DNA from: an uncultured bacterium
GTDB lineage: Bacteria > Pseudomonadota > Gammaproteobacteria > Burkholderiales > JACQAP01
Direction of reading: 5' to 3'
DNA length: 64,000 nucleotides
Assembly (NCBI GenBank): GCA_965233135.1
Contig: CBDDRM010000028.1
Span: 100,331 to 164,330 of the forward strand
The notes below the pieces were generated by a model. That model was given only the letters and a program-made list of their open reading frames with translations, did no database searches and was not told the DNA's origin. A program made the position numbers and the translations under genes. Shown in pieces: positions 52,268 through 61,392 of this stretch (the stretch's first letter is position 1; each line of letters opens with the position of its first letter).

Positions 52268-53956
52268 ATGCAACCTGATTTCTGGAATGACAAACGCGCA
52301 GCCGGGGTTCCCAACGAGATCGACCTCACAGCCTATAAATCGGTGATCGAAGTCTTCGAGCGTTCCTGCAAGACCTTTGCCGATCGTCCGGCGTTCAGCA
52401 ACATGGGGATCACCCTGACCTACGCCGAGCTGGATCGGCGCAGCGCCGCGTTCGCCGGTTACCTGCAGTGGCACACCGACCTCAAGCCGGGTGACCGCAT
52501 TGCCGTGCAGATGCCCAACGTCCTGCATTATCCGATTGCCGTGTTCGGCGCCCTGCGCGCCGGGCTGATCGTGGTCAACACCAACCCGTTGTACACCCCG
52601 CGGGAAATGCGTCACCAATTCAAGGATGCCGGCATTCGTGCGCTGGTGTACCTGAACCTGTTTGGCTCGCGTGTTGAAGAAGTCAGCAAGGACACCGAGA
52701 TCGAATACCTGATCGAAGCGAAGATGGGCGACTTCATGCCCGCTGCCAAGGGCTGGCTGATCAACACCGTGGTCGACAAGGTGAAGAAGATGGTCCCGGC
52801 CTATAACCTGCCGCAAGCCATCTCCTTCAAGCGCGCCCTGCGCATGGGCGCCGGCCAGGCACTCAACCGCCATCCGGTGACCCTCGACGACATCGCGGTG
52901 CTGCAATACACCGGCGGCACCACCGGCCTGGCCAAGGGCGCAATGCTTACCCACGGCAACCTGGTGGCCAACATGCAGCAAGTGCGGGCGTGCATGTCGC
53001 AACTGGGGGACGACGGCCATCCGCTGATCAAGGAAGGCCAGGAGGTGATGGTGGCGCCGCTGCCGCTGTACCACATCTATGCCTTCACCGCGAATTGCAT
53101 GTGCATGATGGTATCGGGCAACCACAACGTACTGATCACCAATCCCCGGGACATTGGCGGCTTTATCAAGGAGCTGAAAAAGTGGCGCTTCACCGGGCTG
53201 CTGGGGCTCAACACCCTGTTCGTGGCCTTGATGGACCACCCGGACTTCAAGAGCCTGGATTTCTCCCACCTCAAGCTCACCAACTCCGGCGGCACCGCAC
53301 TGGTCAAGGCCACGGCCGAGCGCTGGCAGCAACTGACCGGCTGCGCGATTGGTGAAGGCTACGGCTTGACCGAAACCTCACCGGTGGCCAGCACCAACCC
53401 CTATGGCGGCAAATCGAAGCTGGGCACCGTGGGCATTCCGGTGCCGGGCACGGCGATGAAGATCATCGACGACAACGGCGCGGAGCTGCCGCTGGGCGAG
53501 CGGGGCGAGCTGTGCATCAAGGGCCCGCAAGTGATGAAGGGCTACTGGCAGCAGCCGGTGGCGACCGCCGAGACCCTGGACGCCGAAGGCTGGCTCAAGA
53601 CCGGCGATATAGCGGTGATCGACCCGGACGGCTTTGTGCGCATCGTTGATCGCAAGAAGGATCTGATCATCGTCTCGGGGTTCAACGTGTACCCCAACGA
53701 GATCGAAGACGTGGTGATGGCGCATCCGGCGGTGGCCAGCTGCGCGGTGATCGGCGTGCCGGACGAGCGTACCGGCGAGGCGGTGAAGCTGTTTGTGGTG
53801 GCCCGTGCCCAGGGCGTGAGCCTTGAAGAGCTGAAGACCTACTGCAAGGCCAACTTCACCGGCTACAAGGTGCCCAAGCATATTGTGTTGCGTGAGTCGT
53901 TGCCGATGACGCCGGTGGGCAAGATCCTGCGGCGCGAATTGCGCGACATAGCCTGA
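52268..53956 (+). CDS. fadD: Long-chain-fatty-acid--CoA ligase (FadD1)
   Basis: MQPDFWNDKR..., AMP motif LQYTGGTTGLAKGAMLTH, GYGLTETSP and GDIAV...VDRKKD. 562 aa. Confidence 0.93.
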   Translation: MQPDFWNDKRAAGVPNEIDLTAYKSVIEVFERSCKTFADRPAFSNMGITLTYAELDRRSAAFAGYLQWHTDLKPGDRIAVQMPNVLHYPIAVFGALRAGLIVVNTNPLYTPREMRHQFKDAGIRALVYLNLFGSRVEEVSKDTEIEYLIEAKMGDFMPAAKGWLINTVVDKVKKMVPAYNLPQAISFKRALRMGAGQALNRHPVTLDDIAVLQYTGGTTGLAKGAMLTHGNLVANMQQVRACMSQLGDDGHPLIKEGQEVMVAPLPLYHIYAFTANCMCMMVSGNHNVLITNPRDIGGFIKELKKWRFTGLLGLNTLFVALMDHPDFKSLDFSHLKLTNSGGTALVKATAERWQQLTGCAIGEGYGLTETSPVASTNPYGGKSKLGTVGIPVPGTAMKIIDDNGAELPLGERGELCIKGPQVMKGYWQQPVATAETLDAEGWLKTGDIAVIDPDGFVRIVDRKKDLIIVSGFNVYPNEIEDVVMAHPAVASCAVIGVPDERTGEAVKLFVVARAQGVSLEELKTYCKANFTGYKVPKHIVLRESLPMTPVGKILRRELRDIA

Positions 53957-53976
53957 TTTGAAATAAGGTCAAAAAA

Positions 53977-54066
53977 TGTGGGAGCGGGCTTGCTCGCGAA
54001 AGCGGTGTACCAGTCGACATATCCTGTGACTGACACTGCGCTTTCGCGAGCAAGCCCGCTCCCACA
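53977..54066. repeat. Pseudomonas REP pair
   Basis: TGTGGGAGCGGGCTTGCTCGCGAA (53977-54000) and its reverse complement (54043-54066). Confidence 0.9.
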
Positions 54067-54350
54067 TTTGGTTTTTATTCATTCAGTTTAAATGCGTAGA
54101 AGCCCATTCCAGAGCCCTTTCTTGGCTTATAGAATCTTTGCTCTAAAAATGACCATTAGATATTCTTGAGTCATGTTTATGACCGTAGGGGCCTCTTTTG
54201 GCTCTAGGCGGCCCTTGGCAAAGCTGCTACTCTCGGCGCGCTTTGTGACCTCTTGGCCTGCTTTTAACCGCCAGACTCACCCAAAAACAAACAAATAATA
54301 ATCGCATCAAATGCGATGAATGAATTCGCGTCGCTGAGGAGTGGGCTTCC

Positions 54351-56042
54351 ATGATCGAAGACTTTTGGAAGGATAAGTACCCCGCCGGGATTGCTGCAGA
54401 AATCAATCCAGACGAGTATCCGAATATTCAGGCGGTACTGAAGCAGTCCTGCCAACGCTTCGCCAACAAACCGGCTTTCAGCAACCTGGGCAAGACAATC
54501 ACCTACGGTGAACTGTACGAACTGTCCGGCGCCTTCGCCGCTTACCTGCAACAGCATACCGACTTGCAGCCCGGTGATCGAATCGCCGTGCAACTGCCCA
54601 ACGTCCTGCAATACCCGGTCGCCGTATTCGGTGCCATCCGTGCCGGCTTGATCGTGGTCAACACCAACCCGCTGTACACCGCGCGGGAAATGGAACACCA
54701 ATTCAACGACTCCGGTGCCAAGGCCCTGGTCTGCCTGGCCAACATGGCGCACCTGGCTGAAAAAGTCGTGCCCAAGACTTCCGTCCGGCACGTGATCGTC
54801 ACCGAAGTCGCCGACCTGTTGCCGCCGCTCAAGCGCCTGCTGATCAACAGCGTCATCAAGTACGTGAAGAAGATGGTCCCGGCCTATCACTTGCCCAAGG
54901 CGATCAAGTTCAACGACGTATTGGCCAAGGGCCACGGCCAGCCGGTGAACGAAGTCAGCCCCGCCAGCGACGAAGTCGCCGTGCTGCAATACACCGGCGG
55001 CACCACGGGCGTGGCCAAGGGCGCGATGCTGACCCACCGCAACCTCGTCGCCAACATGCTGCAGTGCAAGGCGCTGATGGGCTCCAACCTCAATGAAGGT
55101 TGCGAGATCCTGATTACCCCGCTGCCGCTGTACCACATCTATGCCTTCACCTTTCATTGCATGGCGATGATGCTGATCGGCAACCACAACATCCTGATCA
55201 GCAACCCGCGCGACCTGTCGGCGATGGTCAAGGAACTGTCGAAGTGGAAGTTCAGCGGCTTTGTCGGCCTGAACACCCTGTTTGTTGCCCTGTGCAACAA
55301 CGATGCCTTCCGCAAGCTGGATTTCTCGGCGCTGAAGGTCACCCTGTCAGGCGGCATGGCCCTGCAACTGGCGGCGGCCGAGCGCTGGAAAGCGGTCACC
55401 GGCTGCTCCATCTGCGAAGGTTACGGCATGACCGAAACCAGCCCGGTGGCCACCGTGAACCCGATCCAGAACATCCAGATCGGCACCATCGGCATTCCGG
55501 TGCCGTCGACCCTGTGCAAGGTCATCACCGATGACGGCGTCGAGCTGGCGCTGGGTGAAGTGGGCGAGTTGTGCGTCAAGGGCCCGCAAGTGATGAAGGG
55601 CTACTGGCAGCGCGAAGACGCCACCGCCGAGATCCTCGACAGCGAAGGCTGGCTGAAGACCGGTGACATCGCGATCATCCAGCCGGATGGCTACATGCGC
55701 ATTGTCGACCGCAAGAAGGACATGATTCTGGTCTCCGGTTTCAACGTCTACCCCAACGAGCTGGAAGACGTGCTGGCGACCCTGCCGGGCGTGCTGCAAT
55801 GCGCGGCCATTGGTGTGCCGGACGAGAAGTCCGGGGAACACATCAAGATCTTCATCGTGGTCAAGCCGGGTGCCAGCCTGACCAAAGACCAGGTGATGGA
55901 GCACATGCGCGCCAACGTCACCGGCTACAAGGTGCCCAAGGCCGTGGAATTCCGCGATGCGCTGCCGACTACCAACGTCGGCAAGATCCTGCGCCGCGAA
56001 CTGCGGGACGAAGAACTGAAAAAGCTGGGTTTGAAGAAGTAA
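54351..56042 (+). CDS. fadD: Long-chain-fatty-acid--CoA ligase paralogue (FadD2)
   Basis: MIEDFWKDKYPAG..., LQYTGGTTGVAKGAMLTH and GYGMTETSP. 563 aa. It is a tandem paralogue, as in P. putida fadD-I/fadD-II. Confidence 0.93.
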   Translation: MIEDFWKDKYPAGIAAEINPDEYPNIQAVLKQSCQRFANKPAFSNLGKTITYGELYELSGAFAAYLQQHTDLQPGDRIAVQLPNVLQYPVAVFGAIRAGLIVVNTNPLYTAREMEHQFNDSGAKALVCLANMAHLAEKVVPKTSVRHVIVTEVADLLPPLKRLLINSVIKYVKKMVPAYHLPKAIKFNDVLAKGHGQPVNEVSPASDEVAVLQYTGGTTGVAKGAMLTHRNLVANMLQCKALMGSNLNEGCEILITPLPLYHIYAFTFHCMAMMLIGNHNILISNPRDLSAMVKELSKWKFSGFVGLNTLFVALCNNDAFRKLDFSALKVTLSGGMALQLAAAERWKAVTGCSICEGYGMTETSPVATVNPIQNIQIGTIGIPVPSTLCKVITDDGVELALGEVGELCVKGPQVMKGYWQREDATAEILDSEGWLKTGDIAIIQPDGYMRIVDRKKDMILVSGFNVYPNELEDVLATLPGVLQCAAIGVPDEKSGEHIKIFIVVKPGASLTKDQVMEHMRANVTGYKVPKAVEFRDALPTTNVGKILRRELRDEELKKLGLKK

Positions 56043-56055
56043 ATCGGCCCCAACG

Positions 56056-56085
56056 AAAAGCCCCGCAGATGCGGGGCTTTTTATT
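56056..56085 (+). terminator. Intrinsic terminator after fadD2
   Basis: AAAAGCCCCGCAGATGCGGGGCTTTTTATT uses the same hairpin as the terminator at 50549. Confidence 0.85.
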
Positions 56086-56119
56086 GAACGCTGATTCCGC
56101 CACTTGGAATGCAATCCAA

Positions 56120-56207
56120 TGTGGGAGCGGGCTTGCTCGCGAAAGCGGAGTATCAGTGACATATCGGTGACCGACACTCCGCTTTCGCGAGCAAGCCCGC
56201 TCCCACA
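56120..56207. repeat. Pseudomonas REP pair
   Basis: TGTGGGAGCGGGCTTGCTCGCGAA (56120-56143) and TTCGCGAGCAAGCCCGCTCCCACA (56184-56207). Confidence 0.9.
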
Positions 56208-56222
56208 GTTTTTACCGTATTC

Positions 56223-56600
56223 CTACAGTGCGAACTGCGCGAAGCTCACACCGGCACCGGCCGGGCGTACGTCCTTGAGGAACGAGTCCTTGTCGGCACT
56301 CAGCTCCAGGGTAATCTCCGGCTTGCGCTTGCCGGCATTGCGCACCACCAGGCCTTCCAGCTTCTCGCGCAAAAACACCGTTGGCACCTTCAGGTGCAGC
56401 AACTGGTCGCTCTCGGCGTTGTGCATCAACAAGTGGATCCACTCGTACTGGCCCACGGCAATCCGGCCCACCGGCAGGTCGAACCACCAGATGTTGCGTT
56501 TGCGGTCCAGGTCGGTGAAGTGGCAGTTGTTGACACCGAGTACGGCACCGCCCAGTTCCTGGTTTCTGCGGGCAATGGCCTGTGCTTTATTGAGTTTCAT
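56223..56600 (-). CDS. Conserved hypothetical protein (125 aa)
   Basis: RBS AGGAAGG precedes the ATG at 56600. The product is MKLNKAQAIARRNQELGGAVLGVNNCHFTDLDRKRNIWWFDLP.... I recognise no family. The longer ORF-track extension lacks support. Confidence 0.5.
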   Translation of the reverse strand: MKLNKAQAIARRNQELGGAVLGVNNCHFTDLDRKRNIWWFDLPVGRIAVGQYEWIHLLMHNAESDQLLHLKVPTVFLREKLEGLVVRNAGKRKPEITLELSADKDSFLKDVRPAGAGVSFAQFAL

Positions 56601-56799
56601 AACCTTCCTACGGGATCTGTTACCCAGCGCTTGCGCCTGGATGTGCCCGGCATTCTCGTGGGTTGGCCGCAAAACATAAAGCCAAACCTGTACGGCGCGA
56701 TGAAATGCCGCTGAAAAAATAATTGAAACTCTCTGGAAAGGCCAAGGGTCAACGATTACGTAGTGACCAAAATCCTTGATTGTTCCCAGGAGAAATACC

Positions 56800-56985
56800 A
56801 TGAGTAGCACATCGGATAAGGCAAAAGGTTTGGCGAACGAAGCCGTAGGCAACATCAAGCAAGGTGTTGGCAAAGTCACCGGCAACGACAAGTTGCGGGC
56901 TGAAGGCGTGGTTCAGGAAAAGAAAGGTGAAGTGCAAAAAGCAGTCGGCGACACCAAGGACGCAGTAAAGAAAGCGGTCAAATAG
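56800..56985 (+). CDS. CsbD-family stress-response protein
   Basis: RBS AGGAGA. The 61-aa product, [36 protein letters not shown], is a typical CsbD repeat. Confidence 0.8.
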   Translation: MSSTSDKAKGLANEAVGNIKQGVGKVTGNDKLRAEGVVQEKKGEVQKAVGDTKDAVKKAVK

Positions 56986-57018
56986 TCCCGACCTGGCTGC
57001 CTGCACTCCAGCAGCCCG

Positions 57019-57045
57019 ACGGCCATCCACGGATGGCCGTTTTTG
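57019..57045 (+). terminator. Intrinsic terminator after csbD-like gene
   Basis: ACGGCCATCCACGGATGGCCGT followed by TTTTTG. Confidence 0.75.
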
Positions 57046-57166
57046 TGTCACCTGCAGTGATTAAAGTTTGGAAATTGTTTCAAGGTCGCCAAATAAGCTA
57101 CCTTGATGTAGAAAACGGCCCCTGAGTCGCCCACGAACTCAACTTTTTGCGGCGAAAGGAGACGCT

Positions 57167-58111
57167 ATGATTTTTCCGGTATTACAAGGCTTGCCCCTGC
57201 ACAAAGTGCTGGTGCGCACTGTCACAGAGTTCCTCGATGACGAGATGCCTACGTACGCCTCGGCGCTGGCCTACCAGATGCTGTTCTCGCTGTTTCCCTT
57301 CCTGCTGTTCCTGATTGCCCTGATCGGTTTCCTGCACCTGCCGGACTTCTTCACCTGGCTGCGCATGCAATCGGAACTGGTATTGCCGCCCCAGGCCCTG
57401 GAGCAGGTCAACCCGGTGATCGACCAGTTGCAGCAATCCAAGGGTGGCCTGTTGTCGGTGGGTATCGTGATCGCGCTGTACACCGCCTCGGCGGGTGTGC
57501 GCCTGATGATGAGTGCGATGAATGCCGCCTATGACGTGGTGGAAGGCCGACCGATCTGGAAGCGTTTCCCGCTGTCGATTTTCTACACCGTAGGCTTCGC
57601 CGGCATGCTGTTGGCCGCCGCCGCCTTGATGGTGCTCGGGCCCCAGGTGATGGAATGGCTGGCGGGGCAGATCGGCATGCAGGAATTCGTGGTCACCCTG
57701 TGGACCATCCTGCGTTGGCCGCTGATCGTCATCCTGTTGATGTTCTCCGTGGCGTTGATGTACTACGTGATGCCTGACGTGAAGCAGAAGTTTCGCTTCA
57801 TCACACCGGGTTCGGTGCTGGCGGTGGTGGTCTGGATCGTCGCTTCCCTGGGGTTTGGCTACTACGTCAAAACCTTTGCCGACTACAACGCCATGTATGG
57901 CAGTATCGGCGCGATCATTGTGCTGCTGTTGTACTTCTACATCTCGGCTGCCGTGCTGTTGCTGGGGGCGGAGATGAACGCGGTGATCGAACACATGTCG
58001 GCCGAAGGCAAGGATCCTGGTGAAAAGGACTTTGGCGAGCACGACGAAAAAAAGCATGTCTCAGGCCTTGGCCGCGAACCTTCCCTCAAGCCCACTACCG
58101 ATGAAGTCTGA
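57167..58111 (+). CDS. YihY/BrkB (virulence factor BrkB / former RNase BN) family membrane protein
   Basis: 314 aa. SALAYQMLFSLFPFLLFL... and six hydrophobic segments are typical of the YihY family. Confidence 0.8.
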   Translation: MIFPVLQGLPLHKVLVRTVTEFLDDEMPTYASALAYQMLFSLFPFLLFLIALIGFLHLPDFFTWLRMQSELVLPPQALEQVNPVIDQLQQSKGGLLSVGIVIALYTASAGVRLMMSAMNAAYDVVEGRPIWKRFPLSIFYTVGFAGMLLAAAALMVLGPQVMEWLAGQIGMQEFVVTLWTILRWPLIVILLMFSVALMYYVMPDVKQKFRFITPGSVLAVVVWIVASLGFGYYVKTFADYNAMYGSIGAIIVLLLYFYISAAVLLLGAEMNAVIEHMSAEGKDPGEKDFGEHDEKKHVSGLGREPSLKPTTDEV

Positions 58112-58114
58112 TCG

Positions 58115-58654
58115 ATGATCCGTGAAATCCTGAAAATGGGCGATGAGCGCCTGCTGCGTATTGCCCCGCCGGTTCCGCCGGAAATGTTCGACAGCCCCGA
58201 GCTGTGGCAGTTGATTGATGACATGTTCCAGACCATGGAACACGTCGGCGGCGTCGGCCTGGCCGCGCCACAGATTGGAGTGGACCTGCAACTGGTGATC
58301 TTCGGTTTCGAGAGCAGCGAACGCTACCCGGACGCGCCCGCCGTGCCCCAGACCATCCTGATCAACCCGCTGATCACGCCGCTCAGCCCGGTGCTGGAAG
58401 AAGGCTATGAAGGGTGCCTGTCGGTGCCGGGTTTGCGCGGGGCCGTGGACCGTTACCAGCAGATTCGCTACGAAGGGTTTGACCCCAAGGGCGAGCCGAT
58501 TGTGCGGATTGCCGAAGGCTTTCACGCGCGGGTGGTACAGCACGAGTGCGATCACCTGATCGGCCGGCTGTACCCATCGCGGATTACCGATTTCAGCAAG
58601 TTCGGGTTTATCGAAGTGATGTTCCCGGATATGGATCCGACGGCAGACGAATAA
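58115..58654 (+). CDS. def: Peptide deformylase (second-copy type)
   Basis: [18 protein letters not shown] and QHECDHL metal-binding motifs. 179 aa. Confidence 0.92.
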   Translation: MIREILKMGDERLLRIAPPVPPEMFDSPELWQLIDDMFQTMEHVGGVGLAAPQIGVDLQLVIFGFESSERYPDAPAVPQTILINPLITPLSPVLEEGYEGCLSVPGLRGAVDRYQQIRYEGFDPKGEPIVRIAEGFHARVVQHECDHLIGRLYPSRITDFSKFGFIEVMFPDMDPTADE

Positions 58655-58679
58655 CCCTCAGGCAAAACACACCTCAAAC

Positions 58680-58769
58680 TGTGGGAGCGGGCTTGCTCGC
58701 GAAAGCGGAGTGCCAGTCACCGAAGATATAGACTGATCCACCGCATTCGCGAGCAAGCCCGCTCCCACA
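58680..58769. repeat. Pseudomonas REP pair
   Basis: TGTGGGAGCGGGCTTGCTCGCGAA (58680-58703) and TTCGCGAGCAAGCCCGCTCCCACA (58746-58769). Confidence 0.9.
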
Positions 58770-58790
58770 TTTGTTCTGCGTGCATTCAGC

Positions 58791-59609
58791 TTATTTTGCG
58801 GGCTTCACAAACCGCAACGTCATCCGGTCCGACTCACCAATCGCCACATACTTGGCCTTGTCCTTCTCCCCCAACGTCAACGCCGGCGGCAAGGTCCAGA
58901 CCCCATCCGGGTAGTCCTTGGTATCTTTCGGGTTGGCATTCACCTCGCTCTGCCCCTCAAGCTTGAACCCCGCATCCGTCGCCAGTTTCACCACATACGC
59001 GGTGGTCAGGTAACCGCTGTGCTTGATGTCTTCCAGCGATGCCCCGTCCTTGGCCCGGTGATCCACCACCCCCAGCACGCCGCCCGGTTTCAACACCTTG
59101 AAGAACGCCTCGAACATCGCCGGCGCCGTATCCGCCATCACCCAGTTATGCACGTTGCGAAAGGTCAGCACGGTGTCGGCCGAACCAGGCTTGCCCAGCA
59201 ACGGAGCCTTGGGGTCGAACTCGGCGAAGCCGGCCTTGGAATAATGCAGCGGGTCTGCGGCGAATTTCTTTTTCAGGTTTTCTTCTGATGTACGCGCGTA
59301 GGCACTGCTGTTCGGCGCCTGCACGGCAGCGATGTAGTGGCCGTTATCCTTGAGCAGCGGCGCCAGCAGCTCGCTGTACCAGCCGCCACCGGGGGTCATT
59401 TCGATCAGGGTCTGGTCGGCCCGCAGGCCAAAGAATTCCAGGGTCTGCTGCGGGTGGCGATAAACATCGCGCGCGCTGTTGGCCGGCACGCGCCAACTGC
59501 CGGCGAGCACGGTTGCATACTGCTCGGCGGAAACCGGCGCTTCGGCTGCCTGGCTCAAGGCCGGGGCGAGGAGGGCTGCAAGGGATAAGGCTGCAAGGGT
59601 CGCTTTCAT
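58791..59609 (-). CDS. Secreted class I SAM-dependent methyltransferase-like protein
   Basis: Signal peptide MKATLAALSLAALLAPALSQA. MTPGGGWYSELL is a glycine-rich SAM-motif-I-like stretch, and VLKPGGVLGVVDH is also present. The start is at 59609 or 59615. Confidence 0.65.
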   Translation of the reverse strand: MKATLAALSLAALLAPALSQAAEAPVSAEQYATVLAGSWRVPANSARDVYRHPQQTLEFFGLRADQTLIEMTPGGGWYSELLAPLLKDNGHYIAAVQAPNSSAYARTSEENLKKKFAADPLHYSKAGFAEFDPKAPLLGKPGSADTVLTFRNVHNWVMADTAPAMFEAFFKVLKPGGVLGVVDHRAKDGASLEDIKHSGYLTTAYVVKLATDAGFKLEGQSEVNANPKDTKDYPDGVWTLPPALTLGEKDKAKYVAIGESDRMTLRFVKPAK

Positions 59610-59669
59610 GATCATCCTGTAATGGGCCGCTGGTGCCGCCGAGGCTAGCATGGGGCCCACAACGGCTGA

Positions 59670-60116
59670 TCACACTTTATTGAAGGTCGACCTCACCAAC
59701 GGTTCTAAGCCCATGGCGATCATCGGCTTGTTGCGTTTGTAGCGCACCAGGCGCTCCGACAAGGACTGCGGCAGCAACGTGTCCTGGGTAAAACCCTGAC
59801 GTTGATAAAAGCCTTCCAGGTCCGGATGGCACAGCAGCCACACCGTGCCTTCAACGCTTGCGACCGAGGCGCGAATCAATTGCGCCGCCAGCCCCTGGCC
59901 ACGCAGCGCCGGGTCGACAAACAGCCCGGTCAACCACTGCCCACCCACCACCGGCGTCAGGCACAGGCCCGCGACAATCTCGCTGCCCTTGGCCACCCAC
60001 AACTGGCCACCCTTGAGGGCCTTCATCGGTGAGTTATGGCTGCGATAGAACTTGTTCAGCAGCGGCCACAACGGCTCTGCCAGTCGGTCGATGTGCAACT
60101 CGGGCATGGTTTTCAA
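59670..60116 (-). CDS. GNAT-family N-acetyltransferase
   Basis: 148 aa. LFVDPALRGQGLAAQLI is the acetyl-CoA motif A (R/Q-x-x-G-x-G/A). Confidence 0.75.
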   Translation of the reverse strand: MKTMPELHIDRLAEPLWPLLNKFYRSHNSPMKALKGGQLWVAKGSEIVAGLCLTPVVGGQWLTGLFVDPALRGQGLAAQLIRASVASVEGTVWLLCHPDLEGFYQRQGFTQDTLLPQSLSERLVRYKRNKPMIAMGLEPLVRSTFNKV

Positions 60117-60221
60117 ACACGCGAATCCAGGGGGTGCAGATTATAAGTCGGGCAAAGCGCCTTCTGTTGGGCAATCGGTGTTATACCCAGTGTTACATCC
60201 CCTGTAAGTGGAGCACGCATC

Positions 60222-60338
60222 ATGGCCAAAGGTCTGAATTCCAAGAAAGCTGACAAGAAGAAACCGGCAAAGACCGCCGATGAAAAACGCGCCGAGAAAA
60301 AGGCCAAGAAAACCGACAGCAACCTGTTCGGTCATTAA
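60222..60338 (+). CDS. Small lysine-rich protein (38 aa), not in the >=60-aa ORF track
   Basis: GGAG lies 9 nt upstream of the ATG. The product is MAKGLNSKKADKKKPAKTADEKRAEKKAKKTDSNLFGH followed by TAA. The gene lies in a 325-nt gap between divergent genes. Confidence 0.45.
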   Translation: MAKGLNSKKADKKKPAKTADEKRAEKKAKKTDSNLFGH

Positions 60339-60441
60339 GTTCTAAGCTAAGTACCAAACGATCTGCAAGGTTTTCCCGCCCCATTGCACAGAGCAGGATG
60401 AAGCCGACTTTTTCGTCGGCCACGCCTGCCCTGAGCTGCCG

Positions 60442-61383
60442 ATGTCCAACTACCTTGATGAAACCCAGCGCCGGGAAATCGAAGCCCTGGCCCAGACCTT
60501 TACCGCCCGCACCGAGTGGCCGACCTGGCTGCTGTTGATCGGCGTCTATGCCGGCTGGTTTGCCGTGATCCTCGCCAGCCACTGGCTTGGCCTGTGGCTG
60601 AGTACCGCACTGTTGATCCCGCTCGTGACGCTGTGGATGTCCCTGCAACACGAACTGCTGCACGGCCATCCCACGCGCTTCACTGCTTTGAACAAACTCC
60701 TCGGCTACGCACCGTTTGCCGTCTGGTACCCCTACACCCTGTACCGCAACTGCCACCTGGTGCACCACAACGACGAAGACCTGACGGTGCCCGGTGTCGA
60801 CCCGGAAAGCCGCTACCTGAATCAGCGGCAGTGGGATGACAGTTCGCTGTTCGAGCGCACCTTGCATTGGCTGACCAAGACCGTCCTGGGGCGCTTCCTG
60901 TTGGGTTCGCCGCTGGCGCTGTGGAAGCTGGCGCGCAACGAGGTCAGGCGCCTGCGCAAAGGCCAGCGCCAGGCGTGGCTGATGTGGCTGAGCCATGGCA
61001 CTGTGACCGTGCTGATGCTGACCTTCATCGCCCACTACAGCGTGCTGCCGGTGTGGCACTACGTGGCGCTGGTCAGCGTGCCGGCCTTGTCGGTGGCGGC
61101 GATCCGTTCCTACTATGAGCATCGCCCGCACCCACAACCGGAACAGCGCACGGTGCTTAACGAAGCCGCCTGGCCGTGGACCTGGCTGTTCCTCAACAAT
61201 AACCTGCACCTGGTGCATCACGACTTGCCGAAGCTGCCGTGGTATTTGCTGCCCACCGTGTACCGCGCGCGCCGCGAACAATGGGTGGCGCGCAGCGGCG
61301 GGTTCCTGGTGCAGGGTTACGGCCAGTTGATCGGCCGTCACGGGCTCAAGGCCATCGACAGCCCACGGCACCCCTTTGCTTGA
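60442..61383 (+). CDS. Membrane fatty-acid desaturase family protein
   Basis: Three His boxes: HELLHGH, HLVHHN and HLVHHD. TM segments are present. 313 aa. Confidence 0.85.
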   Translation: MSNYLDETQRREIEALAQTFTARTEWPTWLLLIGVYAGWFAVILASHWLGLWLSTALLIPLVTLWMSLQHELLHGHPTRFTALNKLLGYAPFAVWYPYTLYRNCHLVHHNDEDLTVPGVDPESRYLNQRQWDDSSLFERTLHWLTKTVLGRFLLGSPLALWKLARNEVRRLRKGQRQAWLMWLSHGTVTVLMLTFIAHYSVLPVWHYVALVSVPALSVAAIRSYYEHRPHPQPEQRTVLNEAAWPWTWLFLNNNLHLVHHDLPKLPWYLLPTVYRARREQWVARSGGFLVQGYGQLIGRHGLKAIDSPRHPFA

Positions 61384-61392
61384 GAGACGACC

